Shown here one piece after another: positions 26,236 through 41,195 of a stretch of 64,000 bases of DNA (positions within the stretch are counted from its first letter, which is position 1; each line of letters opens with the position of its first letter). Location: positions 26,474,001-26,538,000 of the forward strand of contig NC_043002.1 of the NCBI RefSeq assembly GCF_006345805.1, written 5' to 3'. The notes under the pieces were generated by a model. The model was not told the origin of the DNA and searched no databases. It saw nothing but the letters and a program-made list of their open reading frames with translations. The stretch is from Octopus sinensis. Its lineage: Eukaryota. A program made the translations under genes and the position numbers.

Positions 26236-27132
26236 CATGGCGTACTCAAAAATCATCCGGCTTGATTTCTTTTGCACAACATAATAATGCGCGAGCAAGA
26301 TCCGCATGGGTATTAGATGGCCGTGTTTTTTCTGACTATGCCCCAAACTTTTCGTGTCTGGAAGTTGCGCCATTCGCCAGCAGTGACGCGTTGAGTACAG
26401 TCATGAAGAGAGTGCTGTGCGAATTTTCTTTTTGAGTCACGATGACCGAGTGCATTGAGCAAAGATACTGTGTCAAACCCTGTTATAAACTTGGAGATAC
26501 GCCAGCCCAGACTATCGAGAATATTGAAAAGGCCTTTGGAGATGATATTATGGGGAAAACACAAATAAAGGAGTGGTACTATCGGTTCAGATGTGTGCAG
26601 CAATGTGAAAGTCATAATGACCTATTTTTTTTTACTACAGAGGTATTGTGCACCATGAATATGCATCACAATGTCAGTCAATTAACAAAGAATACGACTT
26701 GGGGGTTCTTCGTCGCTTTCCTGAACCTGTGTGGTGAAAACGACCCGACCTGTGGGCAGCAAAGAACTGGCGACTCCAACATGACAACGCGCCCGCTCAA
26801 TCTGTCCACGGCGCTCAAGCATTCCTCGTTAAGCAAAACACACCACTTGTTTCTCAGTTTTCCTATTCTCCAGACTTGGCTATTCTGAAAGCTCAAAAAA
26901 TACTCAAAGGGAGAAGATTTGAGTTAACAGAAGACATTAAACAAAATTCGACGGCACAGCTCTACAGCATCCCCATAAAGTGATTTCCAGAAATGTTTCC
27001 AGCGGTAGCAGGAACGCTGGCAGAAGTACGTAAATTCCTAAGGCGAATACTTTGAAGGAGGCTAAGTCAAAATGGTGTGTTTTTAAAATATTGTTTTTGG
27101 TCAAAGGTCGGATACTTTTTGACCACACCTCG
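26236..27132 (+). mobile_element. Decayed, internally deleted mariner transposon
   Basis: EQRYCVKPCYKLGDTPAQTIENIEKAFGDD, WRLQHDNAPA, YSPDLA and KGRRFE. TIR-like ends flanked by TA. Confidence 0.9.
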
Positions 27133-27328
27133 TATGTAGAATAAAATCATAATTAGCTGATCCTCTTGTATTTTCTTTTACTGAAATTCAGCAACCCCTC
27201 ATAGAATTGTATTGTATAAAATGATTTGAATAAGAATTAACTAGAGAGATACAGATACAGCAGGGACGATACACATGGACACTTAAACAGGTCAAAACAA
27301 GAGCTAGAACAACTCAAAAGTTTAGATG

Positions 27329-27578
27329 AGTGCTTCTCAACAATTCTTTACTTATGGGTTCCTTTCATTTCTATTTTACTCAAGTGGACCCTCCTAGCGA
27401 TTAGACGTTAAAACAATCCTATTTTGTTTTTTTTTAACAATTATTAGGAATTTTATTTAAAAATTGTTGAAATATTTTGTATATTTTAGAAATATTCCCA
27501 GTTTATTGGAGTTAAATTTTAACAACAAAATCTTATGTGAACCATCAGGAGCCATATGAGCCCCGTTTGAAAATCCCT
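27329..27578. mobile_element. Possible hAT/Charlie-like MITE remnants (related copy near 29004-29200)
   Basis: Ends resemble cagtggttctcaac / cagggattttcaaac; 27329-27410 is similar to 29004-29090. Confidence 0.4.
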
Positions 27579-27747
27579 GGTTTAGATTTACCATCTTCAA
27601 AATATTCTCAATAGATTGTGTTCTAGGCGGGAAATATCTGAAATATGTTATGCTAGTCATGGTCGTAATATAATTTGGAACTGTTATACTTATCTCTAGC
27701 AGACCTGACTTTGGATAAAAAAAACAGCAACGTCAAATGAGCTACAC

Positions 27748-27788
<41 letters not shown>

Positions 27789-28110
27789 GGTGCAGGTATT
27801 GATGCGTGCGCGCTAGCATGAGAGAGAAAGAGAGAGGGGGATAGAGAGAAAGAGAGACAGAGAGAGAAAAGAGAAAAGAGAGAGAGAGAAAAATCTTGAT
27901 CAGCAAATATTTTTATTTGTTTGATATGTTCCCTATGTGGGCACACTGACACACGCACACACATATACATACATACATACAGATATAGATGTATACTATG
28001 TCATTATAAGAAAAAAATTTATAACATTCTTCAGACATATTGACTCAAATATATATTTTTTAACCTTTTAAAACAAGCCTTCTGTAGTTTTTTCACTTTT
28101 TACTATTTTC

Positions 28111-28173
<63 letters not shown>

Positions 28174-28203
28174 ATATACATATATACATATATACATATA
28201 TAC

Positions 28204-28235
<32 letters not shown>

Positions 28236-28240
28236 TATAT

Positions 28241-28289
<49 letters not shown>

Positions 28290-28539
28290 TATATTATATA
28301 TATATATGTATGTATGTATATAACAACAACAATATCAGTATCAGTAATAACAATGACTAGCAACAGGCTAGTCGATTCTATATACCCCAATATTTGACTA
28401 ATATTTTAGTTTACCGTCTCCGATGACATAAAAAAAGAGTTGACCTCGACGCCGCTTGAAGTGAAGACGTAAAGAGCCATAATAAAAACTACGAAGCATT
28501 TTTAACGACTCTGCACGTCCACCATCGTTAACAGTAACC

Positions 28540-28705
28540 GCGAGGGAGCTGGGGTGGATTAGTCGAATATATCAACCCCACTCCTCGACCTCGAAATGAT
28601 GAAAGGCAAAGTCGACATCAGCGGAATTTTAACTCAGAACACAAAGACGGACGGTAAGAATTTTGCTCGGTTTGCTAACAATTCTGCCATATCGCCACCT
28701 TATGT
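28540..28705 (-). mobile_element. tRNA-headed SINE (same family as 13970)
   Basis: Reverse complement of the ggcggcga...ctgagtt...gtcgactttgcctttcatc core. Confidence 0.75.
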
Positions 28706-29523
28706 AATAATATATCAAAGACTATGAAATACGCTTTTATATATTTTGGAGGTATAACTGTTTCAAATGTGGTCTGAAGTGTTATGTTGATGCATACTAC
28801 TAGCATATCTCAGACATAGAAACCAAAGATGACACTTCTAAAATACGCTGTATCTGTTAAATTGAAATACCACCGAAAAACTCAAATGATACATTTCATA
28901 TAAAACTGTTCTTTAATAATATTTTTAAGTAACACTTGATTACAGGTAAAACAAAGATCAGCATCCTTGATATTTTCCTAAATATCTGAGACTAGTTACA
29001 GCAGTGGTTCTCAACTACTTTTTAGTTAAGGACCCCTTTGATTCCTATTTCACTCGAGTGGATCCTCAGCCATTTCGATGTTTAAATATCCTATTATAAT
29101 TTTACTATTATATATTATTAGAACTGTACAAAAGGCTTAAAATATTTTGTGTATGAAGCAGTAAAACGAATTTATTGAACATAAGGACCTCCCAGAGTTA
29201 GATGAATGAAACAAATATTTTCTTAACAAGCATTTTGGCCTGATTGACTGCTATAAAGTGATTAACATTAATGCGAGTAAAGTTCAGGATGGAAATGGTG
29301 AATGAAACTAGGATAAAATTTACAATAATATTCTTTTATTTTTTAATGACTTTTAGCATAAATGCTGCGGTCATGCAGGGGCCAAACCGCTATCATCACT
29401 TTTTCAATTGCTATTACTATGTGGTTGACTTAAGGTGAATGAAATAATTTAATATTGCTGCCCTCGTTTTAAATCACTTGCAGTGATGAAGGTTTATCTG
29501 GGATGATTTTAGGCAGCAGAAAG

Positions 29524-30551
29524 TATTAGGTCATCTAGTATGAAATTGTAGAAAAAGAAAAAAAAGTTTGCTAATGTTTTTTCTAAATACAAGTAGTTTT
29601 ATTCATCAAAGTATGCACCCATACTTCCATTTCAGCGGTAGCTTGATCCAACCCGGATCAATAAAATCTTGCAAGGCTTGTTTACAGCATCGTCGGAATT
29701 GATTTTCTTTTCCTATCAAAAAGTTATTCAAATTCTGGAAAGCGTGGTAGTCAGTGAGGGCAAGATGAAGTGAATATGGTGGATAATGGAAAACTTCCAA
29801 CTTCAATTCCTGTAGCTTCGCCAATGACATTTTTTGCCATGTGTGATCCGGCGTTGTCTTGCAATAAAATAGGAATGGATCTGTTGATTAATCCAGGCTG
29901 TTTTTCTTTGTAGGTTTCTGCATCATTTGGTCATGTTGGCTGCAGTATACTTCAGCCTTGATTGATGAGCCAGGGTCGATGAAATCATAAAGGATCACAC
30001 CTGCGCCAGACCACCAAGCACTCACCATGTGCTTCTTTTGATGAATTTTGCTTTTTGGACTGTGTTTTCGTGGCTCGTCCTTGTCCAACCATTGTGCTGA
30101 ACATTTACAGTTGTGGTATTGGATCCATTTCTAATCACATGTTACAATTCGATTCAAAAACGGTTCATTTTTGTAACGGGAAAGTAGCATAATGCAGGCT
30201 TCCAAACGTTGCAATTTCTGATTTTCATTGAGTTCATGTGGAGCTCATGTATTCAACTTTTTATTTTACCGATTTGAATTAGGTGAATCAATATTGTTTG
30301 CTTGCTAACACCAAACAACAACGATAATACACCGGCACCCTGAGATGGATCTGACTCGGTAGTGGCTTTCAGTTCATCATTATTCGCCTATCTGGTCGAC
30401 CGCGTTGCTCATTTGTGAGGTCAAAGTTACCATGTGTCTATATATACATTTCACACATACACTACACAGATACAAATGTGCATGTATATTTGAAGCGAAT
30501 TCGAGTAAAAATCGTGATGGTCAGCAACATCTAGTAATGATAACCAAATTA
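29524..30551 (-). mobile_element. Decayed mariner transposon
   Basis: RIVTCD-KWI, KIHQKKHMVSAWWSGAGVILYDF, LLQDNAGSH and YPPYSLHLALTDYHAFQNLNNFL. Ends approximate. Confidence 0.9.
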
Positions 30552-31399
30552 GTTTATTTTCCAAAGATGTACGAAATACTGATACTTCGATCAAACCCTT
30601 TCATCAAACTTTTTTGTAGTGCTCCCTCGGGGATGAAATTTATATTTTTTATTTCTCCAATTGTCTTCTTTCATCCCTCTGTACCCCTCTCTCCCTCTCC
30701 TGTTCACTCTTTCTGTACGGTTTTCACGGAACTTCCATATGTTGTTCCCATGTTTTAAAACGATTATATCTTTTTAGTGCAGGTATACTAAACATTAGTG
30801 AAATGTTCTCTATCCGAGAAAAGGCACCAACAGTCTCTTCTGTCTCCGATTTGGTTTATGTATATGTATATATATATATAAGAATAAATGTTTTTATATA
30901 TAATGAACGTGAAATACAGGAAGGGACGAACACGGAACACAGACAAATCATTCGAAGCCTTCAATCTTCAGTCAGACACCGAATCATCATAGCAAATTTC
31001 GGCTGTTCAATTCTGATATTTGCTCCAACTCGGCCAGCCCCAAGAAAAAAAACTAAGCTGTAAGCATTAGATTTCTTGGTAGAAGACAGGAATGTGAACG
31101 CACAAGACGGATGTAAATACAAGAGACGAAAACGAAATTGAAAACAGTAATGAATAAACAAAATATATATAACGGTGGTTGTCATACGACTTTAGACCAA
31201 ATGAGACAAAAACAACAACAACATAGCAGCTGGCGTAGAAATAATTACCGTTTCAGTAGCGGGGACACATGTTGGTCGAGATACGATGGCCAACAGAATG
31301 GTTAAGAAGCAGCAGGTTGCAGGAGAGAGAGAGAAAGAGAGACAGAGAGAGAGGGAATCAAAGAGGGTGGAAGGCAGGGGACAGAATCAGTGACCAAGA

Positions 31400-31437
<38 letters not shown>

Positions 31438-31438
31438 A

Positions 31439-31487
<49 letters not shown>

Positions 31488-31575
31488 GTCTATAAATATA
31501 TATATATGTGCATGTGTACGTGTATATATATATGTATATACAATATACATAAACTTATGTATATATTACATATAT

Positions 31576-31640
<65 letters not shown>

Positions 31641-31679
31641 TACATACATACATATATAATATATATATATATATATATA

Positions 31680-31729
<50 letters not shown>

Positions 31730-31837
31730 AGCACATAGAAATAAACAGAGTGAGAGAGTGGGAGAAATAAAGAGAAGAGAATGTAGGTATATATACATCA
31801 AATATAAATACATAGACACATAAATATGTATGTGTCA

Positions 31838-31871
<34 letters not shown>

Positions 31872-32418
31872 ATATATATATATATATATATATGACACTT
31901 CGAAAGACATTAATCCTACATTCTCAGTTCTTACGTTAGCATGAAACCATAAAAAAATATGTCTACACAAAGAAAAAAAAAATCTCCTTCAACGATTGAC
32001 TTGGCGTGAAACGACACTATCCTTGGCCCTCGATGGTGTACGTACTTATTCAAATTAACAAACTTTATCAATTATTCCATCCACAATACATTTTATGTCA
32101 TTACAATTAATGTTGAGAGAGACTGTATTATATGCAGATTTATTGCTGATTTAATCTATTTGTATGACTGAAAGGATAATTTCGTTATCAGTATCGTTGA
32201 TTGTAATCGTTTATGTATTTGCGCTTTATTTTCGCTGGTTTTCGAGGTTTATATCAGGAGACAATCGATAAAAGAACTAATTTATTCGGCAACACAGTTA
32301 TATAGTATTTCATCGGTCGAACAATGACGGAAATTCTATAGAGCAACGTTTAGAAAAACGTATAGAAGAAACATGAAAGCAGATCGATGAATATGAATAC
32401 ATACACACATACATACGT

Positions 32419-32550
<132 letters not shown>

Positions 32551-32565
32551 GTGTGTGTGTGTGTG

Positions 32566-32900
32566 AAGGCGCACATACACAGTGGTTAGAGCGTAGAGCT
32601 TACGATCGTGAGGTTCTGAGTTCGATTCCCGGACCGGGCTGTGTCTTGTGTTCTTGAGCAAGACACTTTTCACGTTGCTGCAGTTAACTCAGCTGTAGAA
32701 ATGAGTTGCGACATCACTGGGCCGAGCTGCATCAGCCTTTGCCTTTCACTTGGATAACATCATTGGTGTGGAGAGGGGAAGCTGGTATGCATGGATGACA
32801 GCTAGCGTTTCACAAACAATCTTGCCCTGACTTGTACCTCGGAGGATAACTTTCTAGGTGCAATCTCATAGTTATTGATGTCCAAAGGGGGTCTCTTTCT
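32566..32900 (+). mobile_element. tRNA-derived SINE
   Basis: cagtggttagagcg...gagttcgattcccggaccggg A/B boxes and gttcttgagcaagacact body. Confidence 0.8.
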
Positions 32901-32913
32901 CCTCCTATATATA

Positions 32914-32976
<63 letters not shown>

Positions 32977-32978
<2 letters not shown>

Positions 32979-33174
32979 AATTAAGGACTGAACACGAAAA
33001 GTGGACAGTCAACATGCTAGATATAGACGTCAAATCGCCATTCACCACAAAAGATTATGTTCTCAGATCAAACTCAACTTTGATCTGAGAACATAATCTT
33101 TTGTGGTGAATGGCGATTTGACGTCTATATCTAGCATGTTGACTGTCCACTTTTCGTGTTCAGTCCTTAATTGG
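32977..33174. repeat. Perfect hairpin with 96-bp arms and 6-nt loop (ctcaac), next to (TA)n
   Basis: 32977-33072 is the exact reverse complement of 33079-33174. Confidence 0.97.
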
Positions 33175-33259
33175 TATATATAAATATTTTAATCTTCGGA
33201 TTCTTTTTTAATATGCTAGACCACTGGTCTTAATTGATAAATATCAATTTCTACCCTTA

Positions 33260-33310
<51 letters not shown>

Positions 33311-33404
33311 ATATATGTGCCTGTGTGTTAGTGTGGGGGCCTAAAATGCATAGAAATTACTTATATGTCTCTATATATACACACAGAAATGTATATATAT
33401 ATTC

Positions 33405-33752
33405 TGTTACTTGTTTCAGTCCTTTGACAGCGGCTAGGCTGGAAAACTGCCTTTAGTCGAGCAAATCGACCTCAAGACGTATTCTTTGTAAGCCTAGTAC
33501 TTATTTTATCAGTCTCTTTTGCCGAACCACTACGTTACGTGGACGTAAACACACCAGCATCGGCTGTCAAGTAATAGTGGCGGCGGGTCAAACACAGACA
33601 CTAATATATTCATGTATATATATACGACGAGTTTCTTTCAGTTTCTATCCACCAAATCCACTCACAAGGCTTTGGTCGGCCCGAGGCTGTAGTAGCAAGT
33701 TGCCGCGCTGTAGGGCTGATCCCGGCACCACGTAGCCATGCCTATATATATA
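33405..33752 (-). mobile_element. SINE of the 24781/35179 family with a partly deleted head
   Basis: Reverse complement match including gcctcgggccgaccaaagccttgtgagtggatttggtaga. Confidence 0.82.
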
Positions 33753-34083
33753 TATATATAAACACATACATGCGCACATATATACTGTAAGCTTCTGCAC
33801 GATTTTCGAAATCGTAATCAACTTGCCGATCACCTGACACGTGAGACCCCTGGGAAACACTTACTTACTCGAACTTAATTTACCCTCAATGAAATTGAAC
33901 CTAAATGAACGTGGTTGTGGATATATACCCCAACCACTTGGGTTTGTTTGTGCCAATACATATTTGTAGAGATTTTCCAGTAGTTATTTTGTAGATCCAT
34001 CTAACAAGTGGTACTTGATAAGTGACGAGTGGCAGAACTATCGCTTTCATGTTTAATAAATTACATACATTCCCAGTAATTGT

Positions 34084-34221
34084 ATTCTTCTTCTTCTTCT
34101 TCTTCTTCTTCTTCTTCTTCTTCTTCTTCTTCTTCTTCTTCTTCTTCTTCTTCTTCTTCTTCTTCTTCTTCTTCTTCTTCTTCTTCTTCTTCTTCTTCTT
34201 CTTCTTCTTCTTCTTCTTCTT
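34084..34221. repeat. Pure (TTC)n microsatellite
   Basis: Direct reading; source of the poly-F ORF. Confidence 0.98.
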
Positions 34222-35178
34222 TGTTTAGTGTTTGATTAATTATGTAAGACTTTTTTTACTGTAAATGAAAGCAATATGTCTTGAGATTGTTTTTTTTTTC
34301 TTCTGCCGTACTTGGTATTGTGGTTGGTGTTGTTCTCTCTTGCCCAAACGTGATAGAGAAGAAATATGAACAGAATCATTCCACCCCCAGTAATTCCATC
34401 TCATTGCCAGTAGAAGTATATCAAAGACTATATTATGTAAACTACCTGTTCAGTTTCAGACGTACGGAGTGTGCTTTAACGTAGATTTGGCTGCTATTTT
34501 TCATTAATTGAAGCTCCTTCTGTAACTCTTATACCATCTTTTTATTGTTATTTTCTCTCTCTAGTTTAATGCGTGAACAGCACTGATTTAGAAAAATTAT
34601 AATGAAAAGCAATCCAATCGCCGCAGCGAACTACTCTTTTTCTCATATAGAGAACTTAAGATTATGATATCAAATGCGTTTCAATCTTTCTAGAAACAGA
34701 TGATTATGATTTGAAGGTGAATTAGCTGTAAATTCTTCTAGGTCGAGCACCCACATAAGGAGTCTTTTCCACATCGTCTCTATTGGCTATTCACTTGAAT
34801 GAATAACCGATTCATAATTTGAAATAGACTTGCAAATGAACTGATCGATAAGAGAGAGAAATACAATTTCGTTTTATGTTTTGATCATTGATTGATGTAG
34901 GAAACTTATAAATGAACTATCGGGGAAGGTAATATGAAGAGCTACAAACACAATGCGTGTTTTATACTAGTAATAGGTTATAAAGAATAAGTGAAAAGAC
35001 GCGAAAGGGAAAAGAAACGATAAAATGTGTAGTTAAACAGCTCGTTTTGTAATCTTGTGAGTTTGGGTTCCTTCCTACTGCGTGACAAGTTCCTTCTACG
35101 ACAGCCCCGGTTCGAACAATGTCAGACTGAATTTGGTTGAGAAAAGCTGTATAGAAGCTCGTCGAATATATGTATATA

Positions 35179-35572
35179 GGCGCAGGAGTGGCTGTGTGGT
35201 AAGTAGCTTGTTTACCAACCACATGGTTCCGGGTTCAGTCCCACTGCGTGGCACCTTGGGCAAGTGTCTTCTTCTATAGCCTCGGGCCGACCAAAGCCTT
35301 GTGAGTGGATTTGGTAGACGGAATCTGAAAGAAGCCCGTCGTATATATGTATATATATATGCGTGTGTGTGTTTGTGTGTCTGTTTGTTCCCCTAGCATT
35401 GCTTGACAACCGATGCTGGTGTGTTTATGTCCCCGTTACTTAGCGGTTCGGCAAAAGAGACCGATAGAATAAGTACTGGGCTTACAAAAGGATAAGTCCC
35501 GGGGTCGAGTTGCTCGATTAAAGGCGGTGCTCCAGCATGGCCGCAGTCAAATGACTGAAACAAGTAAAAGAG
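35179..35572 (+). mobile_element. Full-length tRNA-headed SINE, followed by a degenerate 3' fragment at ~35600-35780
   Basis: tggctgtgtggtaag...gggttcagtccc A/B-box-like head; complete body and tail. Confidence 0.9.
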
Positions 35573-36339
35573 ATATGTATCTATATTTCTGTTTCTTAGT
35601 ACCCAACATAACCTATCGATGGTGCAGGTTTGTTTATGTCTCTGATTTAACGGTTCGGCAAACAAGACGGATAGAATAATTAGCAGGCTTAAAAAATGAG
35701 TATTGCTACACTAAATCATTCATGGTGGTACCCCAGTATGGTCATAATCAAACGACTGAAACAGGAATAAGATAAAAAGATAAAAGGTAAAAGAGATTAA
35801 ATAGGAATTAAAAATAAGTGGCAATTAGTAAAAGAAGAGGGTGCAGGAGATTGGGATTAGAGTTCCAGGGAGAGAAAAAACGTAGAAATGTTGAAACGGT
35901 AGGAAAAAGGCAATGAAAATGTGAAAACGCTTCAAGGATATTTTAGACATATCATATAAGGGCCATTAGGGTTATCTTAAATATTGTTATTTTTTTAATG
36001 ATTTGAATTTTTCATTCTGTAAAGCTGTTTGGATCCGATTGCGACTAAAACCACGATTTCGAGTCCGCCTTCCTCTCTACTTTCTTCTCATTCTAAATGT
36101 TATACATATTTTGAATTGCATTTTCTTTTACCATAGGTCTGTCCTCAGCTATTGATGATGACACAGTATGTACTTTCATATTGAGTGTTCATTTCTTTTA
36201 AAAGATCCTGATCGCTTAGTAGCTTGAATAAGTATAAGGATATGAGATGAAACAATTACTGTCCTGGCATAGTTACATGCAATCATAGATAGAGAGGCAC
36301 ATGTATATGGTGTCACATCTCTCCTCCAATCCTAAGACG

Positions 36340-36790
36340 TTCATGTGGCTGTTCTTTACAAAGAGAAGGGCGCCAGTGTTCTTGTTTATCTGGAACATAG
36401 CTGTTGCTTGAAGTGCAAGAGGTACACTGAGACTCAAAACAGCTTTGAAAAGCTATAAGGAGAAAGAGAGCGAACACGATTCTGAAAACGACCCACATTC
36501 AACATAACAATAGGCCACCTCACACACCTTTATTAACAAATCAGACAATAGGCAAGTTGGGCTGGTCACTAGTACTCCATTCGCTGTATATCTCGGATCT
36601 AGAACTCACCGACTTCCATCTCTGCGGTGTGATCAAGATCAGTTTTTTGAAACAACGATTTAATGACGTAGATGACGTTAAAATGGCTGTGAAGAGGAGG
36701 TGCACTGCGATTTTTTTTTCAAAGAAGATTCAAATAAAGATGTGGCAAATGCATAACTGATGATGGACACAACGTTAGTGTTTCTGTATA
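36340..36790 (+). mobile_element. mariner transposase C-terminal fragment
   Basis: HNNNRPPHT, LHSLYISDLELTDFHLCG and KQRFNDVDDVKMAV match the HDNARPH / YSPDLAPSDFHLF pattern. Confidence 0.75.
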
Positions 36791-38832
36791 CAGGAAGAGT
36801 TACTATACCTACCAACATGTGTAATTGGAACGACATTTGTGAAATAGCCAAAAAGGTATGGATACATTTGTATTACTTTTGGTACAATCCCCATAGTGTG
36901 TGAGAGTATGTTAGTGTTGGTAAATATTTACTGCTTGTGTTTACATATTCAATATCAACATGGGGTCACGTTATCGTTCAGAAAATTGAACATGAGCACA
37001 GCAAATTTCAGTCATATTTCGTATTACGTGGAAAAGACAAGTTTATGTTGTATATGAGAAGAAATGGCAACGAATCACGAGGTTATCACTTTACGTATAT
37101 AATGTGTGTGCAGGTGCATATATATATATATATATATACGCGTATGTATGTATATTTATGCATATATACATATAAACGTATATAACAATTTAGATCTTTG
37201 TTCTGTATCACGTTTCTCGTCTGATTACCTTGTTTTATGATTTGCTTATTCATAAATATTTCATGATACCTCAGAGCAATATTACCAAGCTAATTCCACA
37301 TTCATTCTAAAAATACAGTATCATATCCAGAACGTAAACTCCGTGTAATATAATACCATTTTTATATACGAAAGTTTAAAGAATATACGTGACAGTAAAT
37401 ACAGATATTCTTTGAACTAACTCCTCTACCTACGCGCTTTTCCTGCTAGAAATAGTAAGCAAACAACACCTCATATCAAAGTGAAGCGTCTGAAAACATT
37501 GTTGGACATATTGGGCAACCTTGTCAAAGATAATATGTATACAATTATATATCTATATCAGTCTACTATCTTTTTATATATGTATTATTCATTTATATTT
37601 ATGTATGAATTTCTTCATACCCATGCACGCAGACATACAAACATAACTAATTAATCCTTTATATGCACATCAAATGCGGTAGCGCCAAGGAACTTGAGTC
37701 ACACATTTACATATAAGTTTTTAACGCTTTAATGAGTAGCACTTTTTGATCTCTCTCTCTCTCTCTCTGTCTCTCTGTATATATATATTTATATATACTT
37801 TCGCCACAAAATATGACAGAGCATAGTAAGATCCAACAATTGGAGAGATTGTGAGGTTTCCAGTTGAATGTTTTCCTTGTTTAAGAGCGATGTGCTGCGA
37901 TGATATGAGAAATGCTTGTGTTCATTTACTGTTAAAAGACACAAGATTGGCCGATCCCAATTTCGTTAGGAGATTTGTACGCTAAATACAGATCTATTGA
38001 ATGAAGGAAAGTGTAATTTATTGTCAGTTGGTGACCCACGAAATCAGTGAATCTGACTTTACGGTGATCAGTAAGCGAGGAGGGCGAAATGTTTCAAGGC
38101 TTTGAAGAACGTTAATGACTGCTACCATAATCTTAGAGATATCAGAATACACTGCAGTGGAACAATTACTGGCAGGGTCAGGGAGATTGCCTTGCTTGAA
38201 AATTAAACCTACGTATAGTGATTTCCAAAGTTTGTAAATTCAAATGACCGCAGTTATGTGCGCACCTACATGCTCACACAATACTCACACGACACTGGCG
38301 CACTCACATACATCTATATAATTTTTAGATGCGTTTGGGCAGTCGGAAACTATAATTTGGGATGCTTGTTTTCACTGTCATTTCAAACCTCACTGAGATG
38401 AAATTTATCGTTTAAATATTCAGAGTCGATAAATAAAATACCAGTGGAAGGGCACTATATATATATATTTGGTGTTATTATCACAGCATAGGTGTTCGTT
38501 CCGCTTCGTGGAGACCTGCGATGTATTTTGTGCCTAGATGTATGGGTCTTACATTTCCCTTTGAGTATATATAGATATATATGTTATACACAGTAATTTA
38601 CCTGTATATAACACACATGTATAAACTCCGTTCGTTCATTTATTACTGTTAATTTACTTGCTATATATAACAATCTGGCCATTTAAATTCAACTTAACAC
38701 GTATCCTCCATCTTTTACCTGTCTCATGTTTCAGTCAGTCTGTGGCTTAGTTGTTGCTCCATCCTTGGAGGGTTTAGTCGAACAAATGGTCACCAGTAAG
38801 GAAGCATTGGAGGAAACACACACACACACACA

Positions 38833-38877
<45 letters not shown>

Positions 38878-39415
38878 TATATATATATAAATATATATAT
38901 AAGAAGAAAGATATTAGAGACATAGGGAGGTCTCACACTTTCCGCCAAATAATTTCATTCCAAATCAATGTTCGGCTCGAGGTTATAGGAGAGGACTTAT
39001 GGCCATGTTAATTTAACTCTTGTGTCACACATTTAATGATTTAACTGCCACATATCATCTACGAATATCTCTCAAACAATTACTAATTAGAACATTGAAA
39101 TTCACTTTTCCGAACGGAATTTAGGTAAAGAAATATACAAAGTAAAACAAACATTAATTAACAATTTTTAATCAAATAAAATATGAAACTTAACAAAAAA
39201 AAATCATTGCAGAAATATAACGCAATAAATACATCAAACACTGTACCTCGTCTCAAAATGCATGTTGCATGTATCAAGTAACCAACTAGGGTAAAATAGA
39301 CAAGCTTATTATCATTCTTCATTATCATTCGCATTGTAATATCAAAAAATATTAAAATATGTGTGGTATTTTAGGAAGTTAGTAGAGAAAAAGTGTTTCT
39401 CTCCTTTTCTCGCTC

Positions 39416-39473
<58 letters not shown>

Positions 39474-40819
39474 CGTCCATGAAAACGGAAGCTAGTAGTA
39501 AGCCCTTACCCACGTACATTGCAATGAATATCTTTTTATAAACTTCTATGCATTCAATAAGGTATTTTGAAATGATTTAACTGTAATAATTTATATTGGA
39601 CTTAGTCTGTGTCGTATAAAAAACATTTTCTTAACTCTTATATGAAAATGAAAATTATTTTAATATCTCGGATCCTAGTCCTTCATAAAAATTAATATAT
39701 AAAAGAAAAGTAAAATAAAAAGTATGAAAGACAAAACGTGAGTAAGAAGAAACATGTAATGATTGGGGACCTATGGTTAAGCAGCCCTATAAGGCCGTTA
39801 CAACAGGAGGAATGCGTGTGTTTATGTGCATGTATAATAGTGCTTGCTTGTTATAGCAAGGGAGATATGCATGCATCGGTAACTGCTACTCTTCCACAAA
39901 AAAAAAAGAATAAAATAATTGCAAATTAATCGACTGAAATTCTTCAAATCAGTGCCTTACCATAACCAAAGTCAATGCCTGAAACCAGTAAAGAACTTCT
40001 TTTATAAATAGTTCAAGAAAAGTAATCCTTGAACTGAAAGAATGCAAAAATTTTATTAAAGGAGTCGTTCATTAGAGTCGAACTTTGAAGCATTTTGAAA
40101 AATAACAAAATTCTCAACCATATTGCATGTTACCAATGTAATATCCATCATAAGACAAATGAGCTTCTAACACAGACATACACATGCACACACAAACTTA
40201 ACAATATTTTGTTTGATTTCGTTTGTAGAAAAATAAAGATTATATGAATTCTGTGGAAAAAGAGTAAAGAGTAAAAATACGAAACAAATACTTGGAATGT
40301 TTGAAAATATAAGTTTACCATGTATTAAAGTATAATACTCAAACATGTTTTATTCAAATAATTATTTGCTTTTCCACTGAATTTATATTAAATTTATAAA
40401 CAGATTTATTTTCAATATTATAAGCTCCGACTGAATACAGAAAAGAGAAACAAACCTACCTATTTTTTCTTGTCTCCATCAGTAGTTTACAATGAGTCTA
40501 ATATAATTTTCTATCGAAAATATTTGCAGCTTTTAAAGATTTATTTATAACTCATCCATAAAGATTAATTTTATACTTTTATTCGTTTAGTGGTTTCAGA
40601 CTTCGATCTGTAGCCATGCAGGCGCACCACGTTGTACGTTTTAGCCGCTTATATATGCAGACTGAATTTCTTTGTGTCACGCTCAATCATTCTAGTGAGG
40701 TCTATTTGCAGAACTGTTGGGGAGATCCTTGTGTAAAGGGGCATAACTCGAACGAGTTCCAACTTAATTTGAGTGATGCCCCAGCATTTTTTGTCTATTC
40801 TAGGCACAAGGCCCGAAAT

Positions 40820-41195
40820 TTGGGGGCAGGGGACCAGGGGGCCAGTCGATAAGATTGACACCAGTACGCAGCTAGTACTTAATTTATCGACCTCGAAAAG
40901 ATGAAAAGCAAAGTCGACATAGACGGAATTTGAACTCAGTCCATAAAGACAGATGAAATACCTATTTCTTTACTACCCATAAGGGTCTAAACGTAGATAG
41001 GACAGACAAGGACAGACAAACGGATTAAGTCGATTATATCGACCCCTGTGCGTAATTGGTATTTATTTAATCGACCCCAAAAGAATGAAAGGCAAAGTCG
41101 ACCTCGGCAGAATTTGAACTCAGAACGTAGCGGCAGACGAAATACCGCTAAGCATTTCGCCCGGCGTGCTAATGATTCTGCCAGCTCGCCGCCTT
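40820..41195 (-). mobile_element. Two tandem SINEs of the 13970 family
   Basis: Core repeated at ~40850-40950 and ~41020-41195. Confidence 0.82.

Noticed and set aside
30935-30980. Minus-strand CUGAAGA...GAAU motif in a ~330-bp element beside (TA)n
   Set aside because: GAAU instead of GAAA, stem II cannot close properly and there is no convincing stem I; at most a decayed relic.
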